From: Proteromonas lacertae
Taxonomy: Eukaryota
Direction: 5' to 3'
DNA: 64,000 nucleotides
NCBI GenBank assembly: GCA_002245135.1
Contig: NGBS01000618.1
Coordinates: 1 to 64,000, forward strand
Part shown: in pieces, positions 13,801-25,700 of the stretch
Position numbering within the stretch: the first letter of the stretch is position 1
Layout of the letters: the number at the start of each line of letters is the position of its first letter
Position numbers and translations under genes: made by a program
The notes under the pieces: model-generated
The model's input: only the letters and a program-made list of their open reading frames with translations
Database searches by the model: none
Told to the model about the DNA's origin: nothing

Positions 13801-15402
13801 TAAATGTATGGAAATGATATATGTAACTTTTCCATGTGAACATAATAAGAGAATACACTGTTATGAACAATACAATTTAGATATAATAAAATGTTTAAAG
13901 GTATATTTAAGTATATGAATATAATAAACATAGAATTGTAATAGGCAAATGAATTGTAATCATCAATGTAAAGGTAAATGCTATGAATGTAAAAATGGTC
14001 ATATTGCTTGTTTAGAACCATGTGATAAAATGCTTTTATGTGGACATAAATGTTATAATAAATGTTCAGAAGAATGTACAAGTAAATGTATGGAAATGAT
14101 ATATGTAACTTTTCCATGTGAACATAATAAGAGAATACACTGTTATGAACAATACAATTTAGATATAATAAAATGTTTAAAGGTATATTTAAGTATATGA
14201 ATATAATAAACATAGAATTGTAATAGGCAAATGAATTGTAATCATCAATGTAAAGGTAAATGCTATGAATGTAAAAATGGTCATATTGCTTGTTTAGAAC
14301 CATGTGAAAGAAATTTAAAATGTGGACATAGATGTCAGAATAAATGTGGTGAAAAATGTACAAGTAAATGTATGGAAATAGTAGATGTAACTCTTCCATG
14401 TGAACATAATAAGAGAATACACTGTTATGAACAATACAATTTAGATATAATAAAATGTTTAAAGGTATATTTAAGTATATGAATATAATAAACATAGAAT
14501 TGTAATAGGCAAATGAATTGTAATCATCAATGTAAAGGTAAATGCTATGAATGTAAAAATGGTCATATTGCTTGTTTAGAACCATGTGATAAAATGCTTT
14601 TATGTGGACATAGATGTCAGAATAAATGTGGTGAAAAATGCACTGATATGTGTAGAGCAGTAGTTACAGTACAACTTACATGTGGACATAATAAGATAAT
14701 ATATTGTTACCAACAGCATAATATGAGATGTGAAGAAGTATTATATTCTCAAATTTATATATTCTTATAGCCATGTGGAAACATACTTCCCTGTGGTGAT
14801 AAATGTCAGAATAAATGTTATGAAAAATGCACAACTGAATGTAAAGCAATAAAGAGAGTGAAACTTCCATGTCAGCATTATAAAAGAATATATTGCTATC
14901 AACAATACTATTTAAGAGATATTGCATGTGATGAGATAGTGAATGTGAAATTGAAATGTGGACATGTAGTTCAAGTTAAATGTCGTGAGAAAGAAAATAT
15001 TAAAAGAGAAGTATTAAATATTGTTATTTATTGTTTTAATAGAGATGCAAGGCAATGGTAAAAATTCCTTTAAATTGTGGTCATTATAAGGATGTAATGT
15101 GCTGTGAAAAGAATAAACAAACACATTGTGAAACAATGATTTATCATACTCTTCCTTGTGGTCATTCTAAACGAATCATGTGTTTTCAAAAGAATTATAC
15201 TCATATTAAATGTGAAGAAGAATGTGGAGCTATATTGCCGTGTAGACATAGATGTAAAGGAATATGTTATAAATGTCAACATTCTCATTTAAAATGTACA
15301 GAAGAATATAATTTGAGACTACCGTGTGGTCACTATAGAACAGTCATGTGTTTTCAACGTAGTTATACTAATTTAAAATGTAGAACTTGTAGGCATAGAT
15401 AA
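1865..15402 (+). CDS. ZNFX1: ZNFX1-like UPF1/SF1B RNA helicase with hugely expanded NF-X1-type Cys/His zinc-finger tail (multi-exon, roughly 4,100 aa by my estimate)
   Basis: Walker A (VQ|GPPGTGKT) is split by an intron near 3677-3705. Also present: VCYTNHALDQFLE, GMTTTGAAK, IEEAGEVLEAH, LIGDHKQLRP, QRRMRPEI, VDNFQGEENDIII and NVALSRAK, followed by C-x3-L-x-CGH-x-C repeats. The many 83-aa ORFs in the track join in frame once the 33-nt introns are removed. There is one +1 indel at ~9611-9615. Confidence 0.9.
5872..14640 (+). repeat. Tandem array of 282-bp units (33-nt intron + 249-nt exon), 22 intron copies, organised in a ~2524-bp higher-order repeat
   Basis: ORF starts recur every 282 bp (6094, 6376, 6658 ... 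14513). A unique block recurs at 8303, 10828 and 13352. The intron gtatatttaagtatatgaatataataaacatag (first copy 6046-6078) is identical in every copy I read. Confidence 0.97.
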
Positions 15403-15684
15403 CAACAAAAACACTAGTTGAATTTTAAAGAAATTTCTATTAAATATATTATATGGTTTTAAACCTTTTTTTATACAATCATAGATACTGCTTCATTATT
15501 TATAATAAAACTACATCATATACAACTCTTTAAAAACAATACTTCAATTCTGTCCTTTAATAGTGGATATATGAGGCTTATATAATAGTAAAAATCTAAT
15601 TAACGATTGTATTGTTTTAACAATCAGTACAATCGTATATTGTAATAAAGTCGTTTTTCTATTTATTTTTTCTATTTAATAATC

Positions 15685-17440
15685 ATGGCATCGTCATATG
15701 CTTTTTTTGAATATTCAAGAGAAGATGCTTTAGAAAAAGGATATGGTCAGAAGAGTATTTTTGCTTGTTTATTTTAGTAATTCGACCACCTTGGGCTGGA
15801 GGTAGATGTGTGTCTGCTCCACTTTTAAAAGTATTAAAAAATATATATGCAATATAGAATCAAATGTATTATTCAACAAAAGGCAATTCTTGGACAAATA
15901 AATATTTAACTCCAATTAATAGAAGAAAAGATCAGTTTGGTTATCGTCCTGATCTGGATGAATGTATGTCGATATTATATTTTATATAAATAGTTGCTAA
16001 AACAATGTATGAGAAAAAGAAAGAAGAAGAAGAAGTATAGTAGTTTTATTCTATACGTCTGTAATAGGAAAGAAAGGCTATGGAGATGGATCGATTGAAA
16101 AGTTTCAGACAAGCTCAATTGGATTTAATGAAAGAAAGAAGAGAAGGTCATGATGCAATAGATGTATAATAATTATTATTATATTTATAGTATTCTCGTG
16201 GTGGTGGTGGTGTTACAATAACACGAGATGAAAGACATCGAAAGAAATATATAGTAAAAGATAATTTATATTATCATGGAAGATGGAATAAATGGACAAA
16301 TTTATCACATATACCTGAGAATAGAATCCCTTTGTTATGTAGACCATATATAATAGAGAAAGATGAAGAAGCAGCTCGAACAATTGATAAGAAAAGGCAA
16401 GAAGAAGTAGAATATGAATATGCAAGACAAGATTATTTAGGATATTTAGCTGAAGAAGATAAAGCTCATTTAGATCATCAAAGAGCAGTAAGACAATCAT
16501 TTGAAGATAGTTTATATGGTCCTAATAGATGTAAATCACATCAACCAAAGTATAATATTAATATAATAATAATAATAATAGATGTTATACAGCAAGTGAA
16601 AGAACTGAAGCATTAGCTCAACCAAAGAATAAAATATATGATCCAAATGGTCCAGAAACAGCTGATTATACTGGTTTAATAACTACATCAACAGCAGCTC
16701 CTCAGATATATCAATCATTACATCGTCCTTATAAAGAAACAAATACAAAATATTCGTTAGATGATTGGATAGAAAGATCAAAAAGATCATCATCAACATC
16801 CTCCTCATCTAATAAGAAGAAGATGACATTAAGTGAACATAGTAGTGATATTCCATATAGTTTACCTGATAATGAAGAATATTCTGATGATGATATTCCT
16901 CCATTTAATGAATTATTAAATGATAATAATAGTAATGAAGAACAACAACAACAACGACAACATGAAGATTATAATGATGATGAAAATGTAAGATATATAT
17001 CACCAGATACAGAAGTAATTCCAACCAAAGTAGGTACAATGTTTGTGAATAGATCTGAATATCCCGAGCCAAAGAGTGTAATATCTCCTGATTTAGCTGA
17101 TAATGTATATCATAGTGTAAGTGAAACATCCTTAGAAAGAAATGATAGAATAGAAGGAATGAATCATATTGATGATTTATATAAACATTCAGCACCTCCA
17201 ATAGATAAAGGAGATGAAGTGAAGAATAGAAATCCCAAACCAATTCAAGAATATACTTCCCCAAGAGATTCTCCGAGATTGAATAAAACAAATAACAACA
17301 AAATTAGAAAACCATCATTTATTAGCAACTATTGGGAATATGTTGATAATGAGACAAAGAAGAAGGAAGATAAGAAGAAGAAAGAAGAACATTTACTTCC
17401 AATATTACAGAAATCTTATCCTCAAGGGCAGTTAATATAA
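15685..17440 (+). CDS. Hypothetical multi-exon protein, low-complexity C-terminus
   Basis: ATG at 15685 (MASSYAFFEYSREDALEKG...). About six short introns join track ORFs 16332-16616 and 16823-17440. One ASERTEALAQPK motif is weakly reminiscent of THEG-like microtubule-binding repeats, which is not enough for a call. Confidence 0.65.
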
Positions 17441-17640
17441 ATATAAGTATTATGTATATTGTTTATCTTGTTTCTTTGATTTTGAGGAAATACAAATATA
17501 ATAATCAGATTATAATTCAAAACACTACATATTATTGATTGAGGGCTGTAAAAATTCACAATACTTCAATTTTCAAAATAAATATGAGAAACGGATAAAT
17601 ATTTTTAATTAAAAAACAGTTTTAATTCTATTTTTGAAAA

Positions 17641-19243
17641 ATGGGTGAAAAAGCATCCAAAGTGTCAGATTTTGGTTTAGAACCAATTCAAACTGACTCT
17701 AAAAAAAAGTCCAGAGATGAACTACTAGCCAATTTGATTGATAAAGACAATTCTGACTCTTTTAAAGTATAACACATTAAAATTCTATTATTAGTTTATT
17801 TCGCAAAGCGATATAAGTAAATGGGATCAGGATAGAAAAGACAAATTTCTACTAAGAGCATGTAAAGCAGGTTCTGTATTGTTATTTTTTTTATTTTCTT
17901 TTATAGAAAGAAATATTGCTGTATTTAATCTCTCAAGGAGCTAATTGTAATGCAAAAACTGAAAAAGGTGAAAGTGCTCTGTTTTTAGCATGTCTAAATG
18001 GAAGGAAAAAATGTGTTAAGCAATTACTTCTTAAAAATGTAAATGTATTTGAATCAGCAACAACAGTGTATATAATTTATATGATTTTATATTTAAATAT
18101 AGTACTTTACCATTATTTGATCGTCCAATAAAAATAACTCCATTTGAAGCAGCAATAATCTCAGGTGATCAAAGAACAATAGAAAGATTAGTAGAAGCAA
18201 CAAATCCATCAATAGCTGCATCTGGATTATCCTTTTATTATGCATGTGCATTAGGTAATATAGATATAGTTACTTATTTATTAACAATAACTGAACAACC
18301 AATGATTAATATCAGAACAGGTTTTGCAGTATCTTGTAAATTGAAAAGAAAAGCAATATCAGAATTGATATTCAATTATCATTCAGCTGATTATATAAGA
18401 GATAAACATGGTAATAATGCATTACATATTGCTATTAAATATAATTATTATGATATAATTCCTACAATAATTAGTAAAAATATTGATATTTATGAGAAGA
18501 ACAATGATAATTTAACTCCTTTACAATATGCTATTCAATTAGGAGATGATATAATTATTAATCTTTTAAAAGGTTATGTAAATGAGAATAAAAAGAAGAA
18601 ATTGGATGAAATAGTAGATAATGATGATGATGTTAATTCTACTAACCCTGTTGAAAATGCTATTACTTGCACTAATAATAGTAAGGCAAATAATGATAGT
18701 AATGTAGAAACAAATACATCTAATAAAAATAATGATACAGAGACAATTCTAACATCTCCAACTCCATCAACTAAAAGAACAGCAAAATTACCACCAATTG
18801 ATAATTCACTTTCACCAGTAATGACACAAAAAAATAATCTTTCCAAATTACCACCATTATCATTAAACAAACCAGAAACTAATAAAACGGTTGAAGAAAC
18901 AAAACCAATAAAAGAAGAAGAAGAAGAAGAACCAAAATCAATACCACAAATAAACCATCCAATTTATGAAAAACCTGAACCAATTGAAGAAGAAAAAGAA
19001 ATAACACAAGAAACTAAACCTATAAATGTGGAACCTCCTCCACCACCTTCACCTGTCAAAGAAGAATCTCATTCAATCCAAGAAGAACAAAATGAGATAA
19101 TGAATGAAGAAGAAAATGAGCCAATACAAACTGATAGAAAAATGACAGAAGATAATGCACAAGTGAAAGAAGAAGAATTAAATACAAGTCAGATTGAAAG
19201 TGAACAAATACATGAAGAATCTGAAGCATTGCAGATAGAATAA
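17641..19243 (+). CDS. Ankyrin-repeat protein with Pro/Glu-rich disordered tail; possible N-myristoylation (MGEKAS)
   Basis: Ankyrin consensus segments GESALFLACLNG, GNNALHIAIKYN and NLTPLQYAIQLG. Three short introns in the 5' part. Confidence 0.85.
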
Positions 19244-19378
19244 ATTATTTATATTTTCCTCTTTATTGTCTTTATTTTGTTTATTAGAAAAATTGTAATA
19301 TGTAATTGACTGATTTAGAATTTTATTAAAATCCATTTCAAAACAAAATAATTCTAAGAATATATATTAAACCTCCCC

Positions 19379-19547
19379 AAAATACCATTTAGTGAAAGAA
19401 TAAAGTATTATTTAACAACTACTGCTATCCAGCCGATTATAGTTAGTTATTATTCATATTTTCCAAAGTTGACATTAGTTACTATAATGTTGAATGATTC
19501 AATAAAAGTAAAAGATAGTTCATGTACTTGTGTTTATCATCAATTCT
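19379..19547 (+). repeat. 169-bp inverted copy of 20314-20482 (coding segment of the HECT-like gene)
   Basis: Reverse complement aligns without gaps (coordinate sum 39861), with about 6 substitutions. Confidence 0.95.
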
Positions 19548-19777
19548 ATTTATAAAAAGTTCAAAAAAGCAACTTTCGATTTAGTTATTTGTATTTGGAG
19601 AAATGAAATCAGATTATTGTTCTACAATTATCTTTATAATTATTATTTCAACATCATATTACTAGTAAATATGTAAAGAACATATAACTGAAAAATAAAA
19701 ATTCAGAAGTAGTTGAAACCCCATAACAACATTTGAATATATAATATAATATATAATAATATTTAATATAGTCTTGA

Positions 19778-22700
19778 CTACATCTTCTGTAAAGAGTGGA
19801 TGAATTTATATGACAAAAATTTGTACATATCATAAGGTACAACTGCCAATACTCCCTTTCGTATATATTCTATACTAACATTATAACAGAAATGATATGA
19901 ATCAAAATCACCGTTAGATATAAGTTGATCAGTGTATGACTTAAACACTCCACTATTATTCTCATTCATACTATTAGTTAAAATATCAACATCAATATCT
20001 TCAACAGATAAACTATCATTAAACAGTAATTTCCAGAAATAAACAGGAAAATATTGAAGTATATCAAAACTTACTGATTCTAGTATTAATCCAATTAATA
20101 CACCTATTCCATAATAATCCTTTTCCAAATAAACACTCTTTCCGTTTATATTGATCATATATTTACCACTTCTATTACTAAATAAGTATTTATGATTCAT
20201 TGCTACATATAATATATAAGAAATTGATATTTGTTGATAAGATTGATTTAATATTGACAATGAATGAGTTAAAGCAGTTTTCTTACAGTTTGATATATTC
20301 CATATATTATTTAAGAATTGATGATAAACACAATTACATGAACTATCTTTTACTTTTATTGAATCATTCAACATTATAGTAACTAATGTCAACTTTGGAA
20401 AATATGAATAATAACTAACTATAATCGACTGGATAGTAGTAGTTGTTAAATAGTACTTTATTCCTTCACTAAATGGCATTTTTGAGATACTTAATACATG
20501 CTTATTACTTGTAGATACAATACTTTGGTTTAATCTTGATAAACAGTATATTCTAAAACATAAATGATATAGTAATCTCTTCTCAATTATTTCTTTCATT
20601 ATTTCTTTATCATTCTTCAACATATTATTAATTATGGATTGTTTATTTGATGTAATAAAATCAAATTTCATTATACATTCATCATATTTGTATTTCCATT
20701 CATCCCACTTATATAAGAATGAATATTTATCTTCTTGATCTTCTTTACAACACTCTATATCATCATTAACTACACATTCATTATCTTTAATCTCTACATT
20801 ATAACATGAAGATTTATAAACATCATAAAAGAATTCTTTTCTGTTATTCATTTTATCTTTGTATAAGAAATATTGAATGGTAGTATATAATTCATTTAAT
20901 AATTTATTATTATCATCTGATTCATGATGATGATGGTTCAGTTCATATAACAATTTTATACATTCTGATGTATTTACTAATTTTGAATTTTTACTCGAGG
21001 AAACTATACCTTTTGATTCTTCAGTGCAATAATAATAATAAGGATTATTATTATTATTATGTAAAACTGAATATAACTGTCTCAATTCAATAAATTTATC
21101 ACCATTTCCTTTCTCTACTTCTATTTCCTTATATTTATTATTAGCTGTTGATAGATTTAAATCATAATTTGATGGTATAAAATATAACAATGATGTTAAA
21201 CAGGATAGTATATTGTTATATTTATATAATGAATCATATTGGTTATTATATTCCTATATAATAATATAAATAATGAATAATATTATTTATATACTTTTAA
21301 TTTATAAACTTTGCTCACTACATTTGATTTCTTATTATGTAAAATGAATGAATTGAAATCATTATCTATCACCAATATATACCAATCATTACAATTCTGG
21401 TAAGTTAATGGTATTGAATATAAAATATTAGTTTCTTCTACCAAATCTTTCTTCACTAATGATGTATACTTGCAATTAATATCATATAAGTCACCTAATG
21501 AGACATATCCTATGTGACTATGTTGTCTTACAAATGGCAATTCATTCATCAACTTGTATGAATTTACACGCGATCTAAATATACCGTAAAAAAATAAGAA
21601 TTAAAGAAACAATAACAGAATGGTTATTAGAATATTCAAAAAAGAAAAAGATATAATATTTGAATCATTTATCATTACAGGTGATATACTATTTTGGTTA
21701 TTTGATAATTCTGATGGAATAATTGATTGATATATCGAATTATCACTCATTTTAGTGAATCTAATATCATTGGTTGATTCTAGTAAATCTGACTGTTGAT
21801 ATAATATATTCAGTGGTAATTCATTAATTGAGAATATGTATAAAGTATAACCATACAATGTATCTTTATCTTCTTCACAATCACAACTAAAATGAATATT
21901 CAATTCTTCAATATTACCTACTGGTATTAGATTCATTGGTTTATATTCATTCTTAAATTCATAAGAATTATCTTCAGTTTTGAAGGTTAAAACAGCACCT
22001 TCAGATAGTTTTAGTGTTGAGATGTATATATATGAATTTGGTTTTGTTATTGCTACATGTTCTTCATAATTACATTTCTTTGGATGATTATGGAATGACT
22101 CTGATAGATAATAATTACATTTATATTTCTTTAATGCTTCTTTCATTTCAATATCATACATTTTATTCAAAGTATCTTTATATCCATTCATTTCTTCATT
22201 GTTAGTTGTAGTTAGCAGTATATTCTTAAGATTCTTGTTTATTGATAATAAATACTTCATTTCAACTGTATCATTTCCATCTATTGACTTACAGTAATTC
22301 ATATAATATTTCGATAATATTTCTGGCTTCATATTATTCAATAATAAACACCTATTCATCAACTGCAACATATCTGAGTATATCAATTGATATATCTCAT
22401 TCATATTCACATCGTTAAATGATTTATTATTGAATGACATACATCTCAAATTAGATACTCTTTCATACTTCGGTATTATCATATTCAAACTATTATTCTC
22501 AATTTTCACTTTAACTGTATTTTCATCTTCGACTTCTATAGCTTTACCAAAGTATAATGAATCTTTATTACTATTTACTATCAAAACATTCTCATTAACA
22601 TCAACAACTTCTTTCTTTTTATTATAATCACTTTCAATGGTTGAGACTTTGATTAAATAGAATAATGATTCTTCTGGTTTAGTATAAGATTCTATTTTTT

Positions 22701-25700
22701 CTTCTATTCACATTTATAATAATAATAATAATAATAATAATATATACCATTATCACTTGAATTGGATTCTAAATAAACAGGATGACTTTCACTCAATAAT
22801 ACTGTAGCTAAATAAGTGGAAGTATTTAATGCAACAACCATATAATCAGCTTTATGATCTTCATATAGATATTTCAAATGAGTTTTATGTAAATAACAAC
22901 CATAACATACATTTGAATCTTTCAGATATTCTTTTAAAACAACAGGACAGAATATTTTATCACTAATATTATAATACAAATCATATGGCAAATCATTGAT
23001 AATTGTAGGTTTTAACTTTGGTTTTAATGATAATAGTTTATTCTCAAGATGCAATTCATTGATTAAATCATTTGATATAATATGGCTAGTAATATTATCA
23101 GAATAAACTATTGAACTATCTCTCTTCTTTAGTTCTAATACTTTGGGCTTTGTATATCGTTTTGGTATTTTCTTGTCAAATAAATCAGAATCATCAGAAT
23201 CATTATCATCATCTGATGGATCTGAGAGATTATTATGATTGGAACTATTTGAATCAAATACTGTACTGATATTGTGACCATCATCATCACCTAGACTATC
23301 ATCAATATAGAAATCTGAAGCAAACATCCTTAAATTGTTAATAAACGTATCTTCATCTTCATCATCAAATTCTTTACCATTATCACTTAATTCTTCATCA
23401 AATTCATCATCAAATTTCAATTGAACTGGTTCTTGCATTGTTAAGATTGGAGATGTATATGATCCGTATTTCTCTAAGATCTTAGTTTCATCATTTTCAT
23501 ACATCAAACATATAATCTTGGCTTGAGAGTAAGTTTTACAGAATTTTGAATTACTGATTTTAGCACATAAATCAGCTGAGAGATTTGTACAATCATATGG
23601 TCTACTGCCACTACCGTTATTTTCATCATTATCATCATCATTATCATAACTATTATATTCTGGTTTCTTTATTGATAATGGAAAACTATCCGTTATTCTG
23701 ACTTTTGATTGGTTGATCAAATTCAACATATATTCTATTAATTCTTCATTATATTGATTAGGTATAAAATCAATTACATTCTCATATTTATTGTAATAAT
23801 CATAAAGTGTGGTAATACTATTGAATAAATTATTCTTTTTGTTGTTATTATCATAATATTTGATATATCTATTCATAAATCTCATGATTAAGTTTTGTAT
23901 AAAACATTTTGTGACAGTTACTTCATTTATCTTTAATAACTCCATAAATACTTTGTGTATTTCTTCACTATGAATGATATATTCTGTGGGTAAATCATAT
24001 GTTATTGGTGGTTCTTCGACTATAGTCTCTTTGTTCAAATTCATACTATCAACATTATATTTCATCTTCCATATTGATGTATTACTATCTTTAATAATGG
24101 TGTTATTACTAAAAGTATATAATTCTAATACTCCAATAACAAATGGTAATGATTTGAGTGTAAATTTCTCTAAGATTAACTGTTGTAATTCATCTGAAAT
24201 TGGTTTAACTTTAAACATTATTCTCAATAACAATATAATGTTGTGAATGAACTTTATATTCACTATTTCATTATCATGTTTATTATTCAAACTATTACTA
24301 TAGTAATCTCCAATTGTATTAATAAACAATTCTAACAGAGAAGGTAAAGTATCAACCTTCTTATCCAATATATTCATATTCTTATATACTATAGAAACAT
24401 TCTTTATTACTAACAACTCTATTATATCAAATGATAATTGAGTTAAATAAGGAATGTTAAAATTCCAAACATTATATAAAAACTGAATCAAATTTACATC
24501 TACAATATCTTTCAATACAAGTTGTTGTCTTTTCAATTCATAATATAAATAATCTAAGAAATTGCTTAGATTAATTATGACTTTGGTTTTCATATTACTA
24601 TTTGTTTTTACATCTTTTATACTGTTATATAATATAATCTCTTTCATAATATATTCCTTAATAATCTTATTATTACCATTTCCTCTGTTACTACTATTAT
24701 CATTACATTGTTTCAATAATGAATATATTATATTTACTGATTTACTATATGATTCATAATAATAAAGTGTATCATTATTCTCTATCTCATTATCTATTAC
24801 TAATTTCTTATATTCTGATTCAGATACTTTGGTAGAATAACATAAACTACTTCCAATTGCAGTAATCATCTTCAATGTAAATATATTATTATCTTTTGCC
24901 TTATTGATTTGGTTAATATATTCCAACAGTTTCTCATAACTAATACCACTTAATAATACTTCAGCTGTTCCATTTATGGTGGATATATTTGTCTCTGGTA
25001 AAAAATATGATGGAGTGTTAAATATATATGATAATAACACTGATGGTGGATATAATATTCTGCTTCCTTCTATTAATGATAGTGTTGGATTAATATAATA
25101 ATTAGAATCAGTATAATCTTCTCTGATTTTACCAAAAAAATAATTATCATTTGGTTTTTCATTATTCTTTCCTGAATATTTGTGTTGGTAATAACTGTAA
25201 CTCAATAAATCAGAAATATCTTCATTTATTGATAACTTTCTAAAGTATTTATTATACAATTTTTCTCTTTTATAATCAATCATTCCATATATCATCTTAG
25301 TCATTTCATCATACTCATTCATTGACAATAAAGGTAATAACTTTGTACTAATATCACTGTTAATATATTTCTTAAAATAACTCAATAATTCAATCAATAC
25401 TTTAATCAACATATAATTATGTTTTTTTACTTCATTTAGTATTAAATCAACTAATATATTTGATATAAAAACAAAACCTTCTTCTTTCTCTTTATTATAT
25501 TCATAATAATCATTTGTATTAGATGAATAAACATATTTATAAACACTTTTAATGAAATGATCTAATTCATAATGAGATAAGTCTTTCATATAATCATTAA
25601 TAGATTTAACAAACTCAACTAATTCACCATTTTCTAATAACTTCACACCATAACGGAATGACTGAGCTATTGATTCAGTTAAACAATATAAAGATGAGAA

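Noticed and set aside
6046..14497. CRISPR-like array (33-nt identical repeats)
   Set aside because: The intervening 249-nt segments are near-identical coding exons rather than unique spacers. The context is eukaryotic and there are no cas genes.
5675..14585. Long minus-strand ORFs (825, 337, 369, 673, 293 aa) across the array
   Set aside because: These are shadow frames. A 282-bp unit (multiple of 3) that lacks a stop in one antisense frame stays open when repeated. The Y/I/H-rich translation mirrors the sense Cys/Asn/Lys codons and the ORFs end at the array edges.
6094..14770. Cluster of separate 83-aa metallothionein-like genes
   Set aside because: Each ORF's stop lies inside a GT-AG 33-nt intron. 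Splicing fuses them in frame with the helicase.
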